Shown here in pieces: positions 9,487-21,689 of a stretch of 64,000 bases of DNA (position 1 is the stretch's first letter; each line of letters opens with the position of its first letter). The stretch covers positions 17,762 through 81,761 of the forward strand of contig CAVBBF010000002.1 of the NCBI GenBank assembly GCA_963593735.1, read 5' to 3'. Below the pieces are notes generated by a model, which saw nothing but the letters and a program-made list of their open reading frames with translations, searched no databases and had not been told where the DNA came from. The position numbers and the translations under genes were made by a program. This DNA is from Phascolarctobacterium succinatutens (GTDB lineage: Bacteria; Bacillota; Clostridia; Christensenellales; CAG-917).

Positions 9487-9945
9487 TCAGTCTTTTTCGT
9501 CGAGAAGTTGTTTGCACTTCGACGTATACACTATTCCGTCCAAGTGGTCGATTTCGTGACAAAACGCTCTTGCCGTAAAGCCTTCGACTTTATATTTTTG
9601 CTCCTTGCCGAATCTGTCGAGAGCGGTGACTTTCACTTTCATAGGACGGGTCACTTCGCCGTACTTTTTGGGCACCGACAAACAGCCTTCAAGTCCCGTT
9701 TGTTCGCCGCTTTGCGAGGTTATTACGGGGTTTACAAGTTCAAAAAAACCGTCTTCGGTGTCGACAACGCACACTCGCTTCAAAACTGCCACTTGCGGTG
9801 CGGCAAGTCCTGCGCCGTTTGCGGCTTTTACGGTGTCTTTCATATCGTCAAGCAAAGTCCAAAGCCTTTGGTCAAACTTGTCCACTTCCCTACATTTTTT
9901 CGTTAAAATGGGGTCGGGCACTTTGACAATCAATCTTTTTGCCAT
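9487..9945 (-). CDS. def: Peptide deformylase
   Basis: 152 aa with the GAGLAAPQV, EGCLSVP and HEIDHLDG motifs. Confidence 0.9.
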   Translation of the reverse strand: MAKRLIVKVPDPILTKKCREVDKFDQRLWTLLDDMKDTVKAANGAGLAAPQVAVLKRVCVVDTEDGFFELVNPVITSQSGEQTGLEGCLSVPKKYGEVTRPMKVKVTALDRFGKEQKYKVEGFTARAFCHEIDHLDGIVYTSKCKQLLDEKD

Positions 9946-9964
9946 ACCTTATATCCTTCCGTGT

Positions 9965-12139
9965 TCAAATCAAACTTTGCGGATTGATTTCGACAAACAC
10001 GTTGCATTTTTTCGACTTATTTTGGTCGGCGATTTTGTATATTTCGCCGATAATATATTCAAATTGTTGCGGCTCTATCCTCATCATCACCTGATAGCGG
10101 CAAAGACCGTTCATACGCGTGACAGGCGATTTGCTTGCGCCCAAATATACGAATTTTCCGCTTTGCGATTGCAGATTCTGAACGGATTTATACACGTTTC
10201 TCGCCGCGTCCACAACGTCTTGTTCGTTTACGGACGACAAAAGCACTCGCACGACTTTCGTAAAAGGCGGAAATTTTGTCACCATTCTCGTGTTGATTTC
10301 CTTTTTCCAAAAGCCTATGTAGTCGTACGTTCTGCCGAAGCGGAAAACGTAATGTTTGGGCGCATAGGTTTGAAGAATGACTCTGCCCTCTTTTTCCGCT
10401 CTGCCCGCTCTGCCGGCAACCTGCGTGATGAGTTGGAAGGTGCGCTCGCTCGATCGATAATCGCTGAAATACAGCGCAGCGTCCGCTTCGAGAATCCCCA
10501 CAAGCGTGACGTTTGCGAAGTCGTGACCTTTTGCAATCATTTGCGTGCCGACAAGCACGTCGGCTTCCTTGTTGCCGAATGCGGAAAGAATCTTGAAATA
10601 ACTGTCCTTTCTCACGGTCGTGTCGTTGTCCATACGCAGAACTCTGACGTTCGGAATGAGATTTTTCAGTTCTTCAACCACCTTTTCCGTGCCGACTCTG
10701 CCCTGTTTTATCTCATGACTGCCGCAGTTTGGACACTTGGTCAAAGCGTGGTATCTGCGACCGCAATAGTGGCATTTTAGTTCGTTGTCTTCCTTATGAT
10801 AAGTCAACGATATGTCGCAATCCTCGCACTTTGCGATATATCCGCATTCTTTGCAGCGGATAAAGGACGCAAAGCCTCTGCGATTGAGAAAGAGCATAGC
10901 CTGCTCGCCTTTTGTGACGGTTTCTTTGAGAGCCTCTTGCAAAGCAAGAGAAAACAGACTGCGATTGCCTTGTCTGAACTCTGCCGTCATATCCACGATT
11001 TCCATTTCGGGAAGTTTGTGTTTGGATATTCTTTCGGGCAGGGATATAAGCCCGTACACGCCTTCGGTCGCTTTGAGATAGGTTTCCATATCGGGCGTAG
11101 CAGAGCCGAGAATAAGCACGCAATCGTTTGCTTTTGCGCGATATTCCGCAATGGTTTTTGTGTCGTAACGAGGATTGGATTCGGACAAATAACTCGTGTC
11201 GTGTTCCTCGTCGACAATGATTGCGCCTATGTTTTCGAGGGGTGCGAAGATTGCCGATCTTGCGCCTATTGCGATGTGCGCTTTGCCGGTTTTGAGCCTT
11301 TTCCACTCGTCGTAGCGTTCGCTTGCGTTAAGTCCGCTGTGAAGTATCGCAACGTCGTCGCCGAATCTTGCCCTGAACAATCCGAGCATTTGCGGCGTAA
11401 GCGAGATTTCGGGAACGAGCATAATCGCGGTTTTGCCTTTTGCAATCATACGCTCTATCACGCACTCGTACACTTCGGTTTTGCCGCTTCCGGTAACGCC
11501 GTGCAAAAGGTAGGTTCCCTTTGCGCCGCAGAGCGTTTCAACCGCGCTCGTCTGCTTGTTTGTGAGAACAACGTTCTTTTTCTCTTTTTGAAGAGTTTTT
11601 AGCGGCGTTGAACGCTCGTGTACGTCGCTTTCGGTCACAACGCCCTTTTCACGCAATCCGTTTATTGCGCTCACGCCGAATTTGACATTCAAAAAACTCA
11701 AAAACTGTCCGCCGTTCGAGGCGATATAGTCGAGAGCCTCTTGTTGCTTTTCCGCCCTCTTTCCGACGACTTCTTTAAGCTCGGCAAGCGTTCTGGAATC
11801 GTCGGCGGTGAGAAATTTCCTCGTATATTCGGGGTCTTTTTCCTCGCGAAGTTGCTGAGGAACAAACAAGCGCAAAACGTCGATATAGCGCAGATTGTAC
11901 GTCTTGCGCATAAAGTTCATAAGCCCCAACTGCTCGGGACTTATGGGCGAATCGAGATATTGCGCTTTTTTGATGTCTTGAAATTCCGACTTGTCTTTTT
12001 TGCCTATGACAAAGCCGATAAGTCTCTTTTTTCCGAACTCGACAACCACTCTGCTGCCTATCGGCACGTCATCGCCGATATAATCGAAAGTCCTGTCCAC
12101 GTCGCTGTTGGAGATGTTGACGATGACTTCCAAAATCAT
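9965..12139 (-). CDS. priA: Primosomal replication protein N' (PriA helicase)
   Basis: 724 aa with GVTGSGKTEVY, a DEEHD box and a Cys-rich Zn-binding insert (CKECGY..CEDCD..CHYCG..CPNCG). Confidence 0.9.
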   Translation of the reverse strand: MILEVIVNISNSDVDRTFDYIGDDVPIGSRVVVEFGKKRLIGFVIGKKDKSEFQDIKKAQYLDSPISPEQLGLMNFMRKTYNLRYIDVLRLFVPQQLREEKDPEYTRKFLTADDSRTLAELKEVVGKRAEKQQEALDYIASNGGQFLSFLNVKFGVSAINGLREKGVVTESDVHERSTPLKTLQKEKKNVVLTNKQTSAVETLCGAKGTYLLHGVTGSGKTEVYECVIERMIAKGKTAIMLVPEISLTPQMLGLFRARFGDDVAILHSGLNASERYDEWKRLKTGKAHIAIGARSAIFAPLENIGAIIVDEEHDTSYLSESNPRYDTKTIAEYRAKANDCVLILGSATPDMETYLKATEGVYGLISLPERISKHKLPEMEIVDMTAEFRQGNRSLFSLALQEALKETVTKGEQAMLFLNRRGFASFIRCKECGYIAKCEDCDISLTYHKEDNELKCHYCGRRYHALTKCPNCGSHEIKQGRVGTEKVVEELKNLIPNVRVLRMDNDTTVRKDSYFKILSAFGNKEADVLVGTQMIAKGHDFANVTLVGILEADAALYFSDYRSSERTFQLITQVAGRAGRAEKEGRVILQTYAPKHYVFRFGRTYDYIGFWKKEINTRMVTKFPPFTKVVRVLLSSVNEQDVVDAARNVYKSVQNLQSQSGKFVYLGASKSPVTRMNGLCRYQVMMRIEPQQFEYIIGEIYKIADQNKSKKCNVFVEINPQSLI

Positions 12140-13320
12140 AGAGCAATCACCTTGTCGAGAATGATGTCTGCAAGTTTTCTCTTGCTCACTTTTCCGCTTT
12201 CAAACTCGTTGCCGTCGTTGTCGATTATGGTTGCGACGTTGGTATCTACGTCAAATCCCGCGCCTTCAACTGTAACATCGTTTGCGACCACAAGGTCGGC
12301 GAGTTTCTTTTTGAGTTTGCCTTTGGCGTTTTCAATCAGATTTTCGGTTTCGGCGGAAAATACGACGAGTTTTCTTTCGCCCTTCTTTTCGCCGAGCGTT
12401 TTTGCGATGTCGGGATTTTTGACGAGTTCGAGGGTGAGCGTTTCGCTTTTAACCTTTTGCGAAAACGTGTTTTTCACCCTATAATCGGCAGGCGCGGCAG
12501 CCATTATCGCAACGTCGCAAGAGTCGAACTCTGTGTTGCAAGCGTCGAGCATTTCTTGCGTCGAGGTGACGTGAATTGCCTTTTCGACGCATTTCGGCAC
12601 GTCGACTTTGACGTTTCCGTACACGAAAACGACGCTTCCGCCTCTGTCGGCAACCGCTTCGGCAAGCGCTTTGCCCATCTTTCCGCTCGAATGATTTGCG
12701 ATGACTCGCACGCCGTCGATTTTCTCTTCCGTACCACCCGAGGTGATAAGCACGCGCTTATTTGCAAAATCCTGCACGGGCGTGAGATAGTCGACGATTG
12801 CCTTCACAATGTCGCAAGGCTCTGCCATACGCCCTTTTCCGACGTCGCCGCAAGCCAAAAGCCCGACCGTCGAATCGCAAAAGATTGCGCCGCGCTCGCG
12901 CAAAGTTTGCATATTCTTTTGCGTTGCGTCGTCCTCGTACATATTGCAATTCATCGCAGGGCAAATGAGTTTTTGAGCGTTCGAGGCAAGATACGTCGTC
13001 GTGAGCATATCGTCGGCAATTCCCTCCGCAAACTTTGCGATGACGTTTGCAGTCGCTGGGGCAACGACCAAAATATCCGCTTTTTTCGCAAGGGATATAT
13101 GGTTGATGTCAAATTCCTTGACAGGCTCGAAAGCGTTTGTGACGACTGCGGATTTGGCAAGCGTTTGGAAAGTCAAAGGCGTGACGAACTCGCGGGCGTT
13201 GTCGGTCATGATAACGTCCACGTTTGCGCCCAATTTTTTGAGCCTCGACACGATTTCGCACGCTTTGTAAACGGCAATGCCGCCGCTTACGCCCAAAACC
13301 ACGTTTTTTCCGTACAGCAT
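12136..13320 (-). CDS. coaBC: Bifunctional phosphopantothenoylcysteine decarboxylase / phosphopantothenate-cysteine ligase
   Basis: 394 aa with a flavoprotein N-domain (GVSGGIAVYK) and a DFP C-domain (ITSGGTEEKIDGVRVIANHSSGKMG). Confidence 0.9.
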   Translation of the reverse strand: MLYGKNVVLGVSGGIAVYKACEIVSRLKKLGANVDVIMTDNAREFVTPLTFQTLAKSAVVTNAFEPVKEFDINHISLAKKADILVVAPATANVIAKFAEGIADDMLTTTYLASNAQKLICPAMNCNMYEDDATQKNMQTLRERGAIFCDSTVGLLACGDVGKGRMAEPCDIVKAIVDYLTPVQDFANKRVLITSGGTEEKIDGVRVIANHSSGKMGKALAEAVADRGGSVVFVYGNVKVDVPKCVEKAIHVTSTQEMLDACNTEFDSCDVAIMAAAPADYRVKNTFSQKVKSETLTLELVKNPDIAKTLGEKKGERKLVVFSAETENLIENAKGKLKKKLADLVVANDVTVEGAGFDVDTNVATIIDNDGNEFESGKVSKRKLADIILDKVIAL

Positions 13321-13368
13321 AATAAGCCTCGTTTCAATCGAGATTGAAAAAATTCAAAATCCGTTCGA

Positions 13369-13563
13369 TTAGTCGCGAACGATTTTGATTTTGTCGTCGT
13401 AGATTTCCTTGCAAGCGAGCGAAATGGGTTTCAAACCGCTCTTCTCAAGGTAATTGCTTTCTGTAGTTGCGAGTTCGCGTGCGCGTTTTGCAACGGCGAC
13501 GGTGAGCGCGTATCTGCACTCTGCGTGTTTGATGAGTTTGTCGATTGGGGGATCGATCATCAT
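13369..13563 (-). CDS. rpoZ: DNA-directed RNA polymerase subunit omega
   Basis: 64 aa, PPIDKLIKHAECRYALTVAVAKRAREL. Conserved gmk-rpoZ pairing. Confidence 0.8.
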   Translation of the reverse strand: MMIDPPIDKLIKHAECRYALTVAVAKRARELATTESNYLEKSGLKPISLACKEIYDDKIKIVRD

Positions 13564-13766
13564 AGTTTGTTTCCTCCGATTTGAATATCTGAATTTGTTT
13601 TGTTTTTTATCTTTTCGCTATAAGAGCGAAGTTTGCGATTTATGTCCTGTGCGATTTTGCGTTTTGTCAAATTGTGCAAATCGGCGATTTATGCAATTGT
13701 CAAGATTGTCGTTTTCGTTGTTTTGGCTTTTGAAGCCGAATCTCAAAACAGCGTTTCATCGCCCGA

Positions 13767-14339
13767 TTATTTGAGTTCTTCTCTTCTTCTCTCGAGGTAG
13801 TTTACGATTTTGTCGGCGCAAACTTCTGCAACGTCGTTTATCACCACAAAGTCGTAGCGCGGTATGCTTTTTCTTTCAAACTCGATTTCGTCAAGGCGTT
13901 TTTTGAGGGAATCGGGCGTTTCGCTTCCCCTGCCGATAAGGCGTTTTTTGAGTTCTTCGAGGGATGGCGGATTGATGAATATCGTCACGCAATCGGGATA
14001 AACTTTTTTGATGTTCATCGCGCCCACGCTGTTGATGTCGAGCAGCACGTCGAAGCCTTGATTGCGTTTTGTTTCAACTTCGCATTTAAGAGTGCCGTAG
14101 CAGTTGGTGAAAGTGCGGGTGTATTCCACAAATTCGTCGTTGTCTACGCGCCTGACAAACTCGTCCTCTGTGACGAAATAGTAGTCAACGCCCTCTTTTT
14201 CGCCGTTTCTCGGCTTTCTCGAAGTGCAGGACACCGAAAATCTCAGGTTCGGCATCTTTTGAAACATTTTTGATATAACCGTACTTTTGCCCACGCCGCT
14301 GAATCCCGACACGACGATGAGCAACCCTTTGTTTTGCAT
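13767..14339 (-). CDS. gmk: Guanylate kinase
   Basis: 190 aa with P-loop GFSGVGKST and TSRKPRNGEKEGVDYYF. Confidence 0.9.
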   Translation of the reverse strand: MQNKGLLIVVSGFSGVGKSTVISKMFQKMPNLRFSVSCTSRKPRNGEKEGVDYYFVTEDEFVRRVDNDEFVEYTRTFTNCYGTLKCEVETKRNQGFDVLLDINSVGAMNIKKVYPDCVTIFINPPSLEELKKRLIGRGSETPDSLKKRLDEIEFERKSIPRYDFVVINDVAEVCADKIVNYLERRREELK

Positions 14340-14371
14340 AATCGTTTACCTTCCGGATTGAATATTCGTCG

Positions 14372-15247
14372 TCATTCGATGTTTGCGGCTTGTTCGCGCA
14401 TTTTTTCTATCTCGTTCTTGATTGCGAGCACTTCCTTTGTGATTCGCATATCGTTGGCTTTCGAGCCAATCGTGTTGGTTTCTCGGTTGAACTCTTGCAC
14501 GAGGAAGTCCATTTTGCGCCCGACGGGCTCCGTTGCTTCAAGCAGCGAGCGCATATTCGCGATATGAGTTGAAAGCCTCGTGATTTCCTCGTCGATTGCG
14601 CAATGGTCGGCATAGAGCGCAACTTCGGTTGCAAGACGTTGTTTGTCGATGAGAGACGGCTCGACAACCTCTGCGATTCGAGCATTGAGATTGGCTCTGT
14701 AATCCTCGACGACCCGGGGTGCAAACTCTTTGATACGTTCAAGGCAATCTTCGATTGCGTCGAGTTTTTTTGCAATGTCATTCTTTTGCGATTGACCCTC
14801 TTTTTCACGCATGGATTTGAGATTTTCAAGGGCGAGATTCACCGCTTCGAGAGTCATTTCGCAAAGCAAATCCTCATCTTCGACCGCCTCTTGTCTTGCC
14901 ACTATGTCGCCAACTCGCAAGAGCGTCGAAACAGTCACGTCGTTTTCAAGCTCGGTGCCGTCTGCAAGTTTCTTCACCGCCGCAAGATAGTTGTTTGCAA
15001 GATCGAGATCGACCGTGTACGCGCCCTCGTCCGTCGACGCTTGCTCATAGGTGAGATAAAGATCGACGTGACCTCTCGATATTGCCGATGAAACGGCTTT
15101 TTTCACTTTGTCCTCAACAAACAAGAAGTTGCGAGGAAGTTTGAAATTGCAATCCAAAAACCTGTGATTTACGGTTTTAATTTCGATGGTTATGGTCTTC
15201 CCGTCGCGTTTGGAAACGCCTTTGCCATATCCTGTCATACTGTGCAT
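14372..15247 (-). CDS. YicC/YloC family endoribonuclease-like protein
   Basis: 291 aa, MHSMTGYGKG...IEIKTVNHRFLD...EFNRETNTIGSKAND, the YicC N- and C-terminal signatures. Confidence 0.85.
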   Translation of the reverse strand: MHSMTGYGKGVSKRDGKTITIEIKTVNHRFLDCNFKLPRNFLFVEDKVKKAVSSAISRGHVDLYLTYEQASTDEGAYTVDLDLANNYLAAVKKLADGTELENDVTVSTLLRVGDIVARQEAVEDEDLLCEMTLEAVNLALENLKSMREKEGQSQKNDIAKKLDAIEDCLERIKEFAPRVVEDYRANLNARIAEVVEPSLIDKQRLATEVALYADHCAIDEEITRLSTHIANMRSLLEATEPVGRKMDFLVQEFNRETNTIGSKANDMRITKEVLAIKNEIEKMREQAANIE

Positions 15248-15323
15248 ATGCGCACCCGCCTAATAATTTTTTGTTATTATATCACAAAGTTTATTCAAAC
15301 ACAACAAATTGCGCCAACAATAT

Positions 15324-15353
15324 AACAAAAATAAAAAGGCACAAGTGCCTTTT
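15324..15353 (-). terminator. Intrinsic terminator after ligA (bidirectional shape)
   Basis: AAAAGGCA-CAAG-TGCCTTTT hairpin. On the minus strand it is followed by TTTTTATTTTTG. Confidence 0.7.
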
Positions 15354-15402
15354 TAAGCGGTAAAAACAATATTTTTGAAGTTTAGAGCAAAATTAGGTCA
15401 AA

Positions 15403-17355
<1,953 letters not shown>

Positions 17356-17519
17356 CTATTTTTGCCTTAATTTTGAAAGGCACACCCATTCCAACTTAAC
17401 TTATAATCCGCGTCTTGTCAATATTGCATTTCAATATATGTATATTTTCGAGTATCTAACCGCATTAATTTGCATTTGGCGCGATATATCGAAAGTTGCG
17501 ATTTTACGTCGATTCTTGA

Positions 17520-19757
17520 TTAGTCGTTGTCGCTTTTGGCTCTTATTTTGAGGTTTGCCGCCGCGATTGCGAGCGAAAACCTCTTTACTCCAAGCCCCTT
17601 GAATGCGATTGCCGCAATCTTGTCTTCGCCGTCGCCGCTCGTTTGAATTATTATACCGCGCCCGAACTTGTTGTGTTCGACAATGGTGTCCTTTTTGAAT
17701 TGCGAATAATCGACTTTCGAGGATTTTTTAGGCGTTTCGAGAGTGGATTTTGAAAATCCGTTCGACAAATTCTTTTTGAACGCCGACGTTTGAGGATTGT
17801 TCGCGCCGAGTTTTATGCGGTCCTTTGCGTCGAATGTCGGCGAGGCATAATTTGAATTTGCATAGCGCATGGATGATTTGAATCCGCTCATTTCGCCTAC
17901 AAAACGGCTCTTAGGCAAGTATTCGGTACGTCCGAAACGATAGCGTTGGCGAGCGTTAAGAACAAACAATTTTTTTCTCGCGCGCGTTATTGCAACGTAC
18001 ATAAGTCGTCTTTCTTCCTCCACGTCTCCTGCGGTAATCGCTCTTTGCGTTGGGAAAATTCCGTCCTCGAGCGCAACGAGGAATACGTCGTTGAATTCAA
18101 GCCCTTTCACGGCGTGTATGGTTGCAATCGTGACATAATCGTCGCCACTCATCTCGTCGGTGTCCGACACGAGGGAAACCGATTGCATAAAGTCGGATAT
18201 GCTTGCGCCGCTGTTGTCCTGTTCGAATTGCTGAACAGCGGACACGAGTTCTTCTATGTTTTCAAGACGGTTTGCGTCGTCGGGGTCCTGACTTTGAGAA
18301 AGCGCGGCTTCGAGTCCGCTTCGACGAATGACGTACTGCACAAATTCAACAGCCTGCATTTGCTTTGAAAACTGCACCAAATCCGTCGCTATTTGCGTAA
18401 ACGGCGCAAGTTTTTTTGCGGTTGTAGGCGTGAGCCATTCGGGATTCAAAAGCACTGAAAACATGGTTGTAGACCTTGCTTTTGCAACGTCTTGCAACTC
18501 CCCGACCGCCGTGTTGCCTATTCCTCGCTTGGGATAGTTCACAACGCGCAAAATGCTGTCGTTGTCGCTTGGATTTATGGCAAGTCTGACATATGCCAAT
18601 GCGTCTTTGATTTCCTTTCGTTCGTAAAAACGGAAACCGCCGAAAACCTTGTAAGGAATTCCGTGCAGATTGAATTCTTCTTCAAACTGACGCGTCACCG
18701 AGTTTGCGCGCACCAAAACAGCCATATCCTTGTAATTTTCGCCGTTTCTGTGCAAGGTGTTTATTGTCCTTGCGACGTTTGTCGCCTCTTCACGGTCGTT
18801 GAACACCTCGCAATACTCAATCGAATCTTCGTCTTTAATTTCACTCCAAAGAGTTTTTTCGTTGCGGTTGGAGTTGTTTTTTATGACGTTGTTCGCCGCC
18901 TTCAAAATGGACGTGGTGCTGCGATAATTTTGTTCGAGTTTGTATACCTTTGCGTTTGGAAAATCCTTTGAAAAGTCGAGAATATTCTTGATTTCCGCAC
19001 CGCGCCAACTGTAAATCGACTGGTCCTCGTCGCCCACGACAAACAGATTTCCGTAGAGTTTGGAGAGCATTTTCACGATGTCGTATTGCAGTTTGTTGGT
19101 GTCCTGAAACTCGTCAACGCAGATATATTTGAATCTTCTTTGGTATTTTTCCAAAACATCGGGGCATTCGCGGAACAGTTGCACGGTTTTGAGAAGCAAA
19201 TCGTCAAAATCCATACAGTTGCACCTTTTGAGTTCCTGCTCGTATCTCGAATATATTTGGAAGATATTGTATGCGTCGCTATCGTCGTTTTTTATTGCGT
19301 CGTAATAGACTTCGGGCGACATATCGAGGGTTTTTGCTCGCGAGATATGCCAAAGATAATCCCCTTTGTTTTTCGGATCGGCTTGCGGAAAATTCTGCAA
19401 AATGCGTTTCACGACTCTCTCGCTTTCAAGGTCGGTGTAAATGGTAAAATCTTTAGAATACCCTATTCTATCTGCGTCGAATCTCAAAATGCGCGCGCAC
19501 ATCGAGTGGAAAGTGCTTGTCCACACGCTCTGCGAGCCGAGGTATTTTTCGATACGTTCTTTCATTTCGTTTGCGGCTTTGTTGGTAAAAGTGATTGCCA
19601 AAATATTGTACGGATCCACGCCGTTTTCGATGAGATGGCACACTCTTGCCGTAAGCACGCGAGTTTTTCCGCTTCCCGCGCCTGCGATAACCAAAACCGC
19701 GCCTTCGGTGTCGTTGACTGCGGCTTGTTGTTGGGGATTGAGGTTGAAGTTGTTCAT
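17520..19757 (-). CDS. pcrA: ATP-dependent DNA helicase PcrA/UvrD
   Basis: 745 aa with AGAGSGKTRVL, DEFQDTN, a conserved VAITRARKKL-type motif and a C-terminal Tudor-like tail. Confidence 0.9.
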   Translation of the reverse strand: MNNFNLNPQQQAAVNDTEGAVLVIAGAGSGKTRVLTARVCHLIENGVDPYNILAITFTNKAANEMKERIEKYLGSQSVWTSTFHSMCARILRFDADRIGYSKDFTIYTDLESERVVKRILQNFPQADPKNKGDYLWHISRAKTLDMSPEVYYDAIKNDDSDAYNIFQIYSRYEQELKRCNCMDFDDLLLKTVQLFRECPDVLEKYQRRFKYICVDEFQDTNKLQYDIVKMLSKLYGNLFVVGDEDQSIYSWRGAEIKNILDFSKDFPNAKVYKLEQNYRSTTSILKAANNVIKNNSNRNEKTLWSEIKDEDSIEYCEVFNDREEATNVARTINTLHRNGENYKDMAVLVRANSVTRQFEEEFNLHGIPYKVFGGFRFYERKEIKDALAYVRLAINPSDNDSILRVVNYPKRGIGNTAVGELQDVAKARSTTMFSVLLNPEWLTPTTAKKLAPFTQIATDLVQFSKQMQAVEFVQYVIRRSGLEAALSQSQDPDDANRLENIEELVSAVQQFEQDNSGASISDFMQSVSLVSDTDEMSGDDYVTIATIHAVKGLEFNDVFLVALEDGIFPTQRAITAGDVEEERRLMYVAITRARKKLFVLNARQRYRFGRTEYLPKSRFVGEMSGFKSSMRYANSNYASPTFDAKDRIKLGANNPQTSAFKKNLSNGFSKSTLETPKKSSKVDYSQFKKDTIVEHNKFGRGIIIQTSGDGEDKIAAIAFKGLGVKRFSLAIAAANLKIRAKSDND

Positions 19758-19986
19758 AACGAGCGCCTTTTTGCGACTTTTTGTCGCATTTTAACTACAA
19801 CCACTATACCACATATTGTGCCGTTTATCAATTTTTTCAAGAAAATAGCACAAAAATCCTCGAAAAAAGTGCGTTTGGATTATTGATTTAATAAATCAAT
19901 TATGTTATCCTATTCATATCTTGGATTATAGAGGGATTTTTTTATACGAAAATTCTTCTGTTTTCCGCGCGGAGGAATTTATTTTT

Positions 19987-21618
19987 ATGGTAAATTTTGA
20001 TGAAATCGAGTTTCTTGAAAGCGAAATCGTGGACGATGACCCCACCGCCCCCGTCGGCACTTTGGTGCATATCACCGAGGATGGTAAAGTCGAACCCGTT
20101 GAACAAAAAGACAATCGGGCAGTCGAATCCGACGTGCAAAACGAAACTCGCCAAGACGAGATGGTTGAGGTCGAAAATTCCGATAACGAACAAAACGATA
20201 TGGCGCAAACCATAACGACGGACATTCAAGACGAGCCGCAAATCGAAGAAACCGTTAAGCCCGAAGATGAGGTTGTAGAAATTTCTCAACCCGATACGAT
20301 CGAGCAAACGGAAGAAGCCAAAGATGCAGCCGACGTTGCAGGCGAGCAAGCCATGCAAGTCGAAGACGAACCGGCAGAAACCGTCGAAACGGAATCCGCA
20401 CCCGAAATTGCAGACGAAACTGTCGTAGAACCCAGCGATGAAGCACAAGAGGTCGCACCGCAAGCCGAAATCGTCGAAGAAACTTCCGCACTTGAAGAAA
20501 CAATGCCCGTCGAAGAAACCGTTGCGGAAAGCAACGCGGTTGTCGATGAATCCGCGCAAGCAGCGAAAGACGAGCAAATCGCAGTCGAAGCCCCCGTGCA
20601 AAAGACAAGAAAACCGAGAAAACCTGCGCAAAAGAAAGAAGCCGCACCCGATGTCGTCAACGACGATGAACACAAGACTTCCCTCAACCTCAAAAACGGC
20701 AAGTCCGTGAACGAGGAATTGTTCGGAACGAATTTCGAGATTCAACAACCTGCAAAGGCAAAAATCGTGTCCACCAAGAAGAAACAAGAAAAGGCGGAAG
20801 ATTTGTGGGCGGTTGCAAGCGTTGCGCAACCCAAGAAAGAAACCGCTACGGCAAAGGAAGATGCGCAAAAAGATACGGTGCCCGTCAAAAAGACAACGAA
20901 AAAAGCGGTCAAAACGACAGAATCCGCCCCCAAAGCGGAAAAAATTGCTGTCGAATCCGCTCCGAAATCAAACGACGAGGATGTCAAATCGGCACCCAAG
21001 AAAACCGCTTCCAAAAAGTCAACAAAAGTTGAAAATATAAACAAATCTACGGAGGAAACAAAAGTGGCAAAAGCAACGGAAAAGGCAGCAGCGGAAGAAA
21101 AGACCGTGAAAGCGAGCAAGACAGCAGCAAAAGAAGCACCAGTCAAGGAAGAAAAGGCTCCAAAAGCGGAAACAAAAACCGCAGCAAAATCAGATGAGAC
21201 CGTTATCGTTGAAGGCGAAGGCAAAACGCACGGCAAGTACGTCATCAAAAAGACGGACAAAGGCAACTTTGTGTTCAAACTTTATTCCTCGAATTACAGA
21301 GTCGTGGCAATCGGCGCACAAGCCTACACCACTCTCGGCGCGGCAAAAATCGGCATTCAGAGCATAATCAACAACGCCGAAAAAGCGCCGATCGAAAACC
21401 AAACTTTGAAAAACTATGAAACGTTGAAGTTCCCCAAATGGGAAATCTATCTTGACAAGAAAGGCGAATATCGTCTCCGCTTGTACGCAACCAACGGAAG
21501 CCTCATCGCAACCACCAACGACGGCTATGTTGACATCACAGGCGCAAAGAACGGCATTGCGGCAGTATCAAGAGCAAGCAAGGGCTGCGCAATCGTGAGA
21601 AACGACAACCTTTGGTAA
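19987..21618 (+). CDS. Low-complexity acidic/lysine-rich protein with C-terminal tandem DUF1508 (YegP-like) domains
   Basis: I place the start at ATG 19987, with GGAGG at 19971-19975. The track ORF instead begins at a TTG at 19921. The last 128 aa (21232-21615) contain two YegP-like repeats (GKYVIKKTDKGNFVFKLYSSNYRVVAIGAQAY... and KWEIYLDKKGEYRLRLYATNGSLIATTNDGY...). Confidence 0.6.
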   Translation: MVNFDEIEFLESEIVDDDPTAPVGTLVHITEDGKVEPVEQKDNRAVESDVQNETRQDEMVEVENSDNEQNDMAQTITTDIQDEPQIEETVKPEDEVVEISQPDTIEQTEEAKDAADVAGEQAMQVEDEPAETVETESAPEIADETVVEPSDEAQEVAPQAEIVEETSALEETMPVEETVAESNAVVDESAQAAKDEQIAVEAPVQKTRKPRKPAQKKEAAPDVVNDDEHKTSLNLKNGKSVNEELFGTNFEIQQPAKAKIVSTKKKQEKAEDLWAVASVAQPKKETATAKEDAQKDTVPVKKTTKKAVKTTESAPKAEKIAVESAPKSNDEDVKSAPKKTASKKSTKVENINKSTEETKVAKATEKAAAEEKTVKASKTAAKEAPVKEEKAPKAETKTAAKSDETVIVEGEGKTHGKYVIKKTDKGNFVFKLYSSNYRVVAIGAQAYTTLGAAKIGIQSIINNAEKAPIENQTLKNYETLKFPKWEIYLDKKGEYRLRLYATNGSLIATTNDGYVDITGAKNGIAAVSRASKGCAIVRNDNLW

Positions 21619-21635
21619 GCAACAAAAACACATTC

Positions 21636-21662
21636 AAAAAGGACGCAATTTGCGTCCTTTTT
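21636..21662. terminator. Bidirectional intrinsic terminator
   Basis: AAAAA-GGACGCA-ATT-TGCGTCC-TTTTT, lying between the convergent DUF1508 and DUF1893 genes. Confidence 0.75.
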
Positions 21663-21689
21663 CATTACCTTTTGCGTTTATCCTTTTTA

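Noticed and set aside
19926-21278. Many alternative-frame and antisense ORFs (up to 308 aa) inside the DUF1508 gene.
   Set aside because: They are a consequence of the stop-poor GA/GC-rich low-complexity composition. Only the chosen frame ends in recognisable YegP-like domains and has an RBS.
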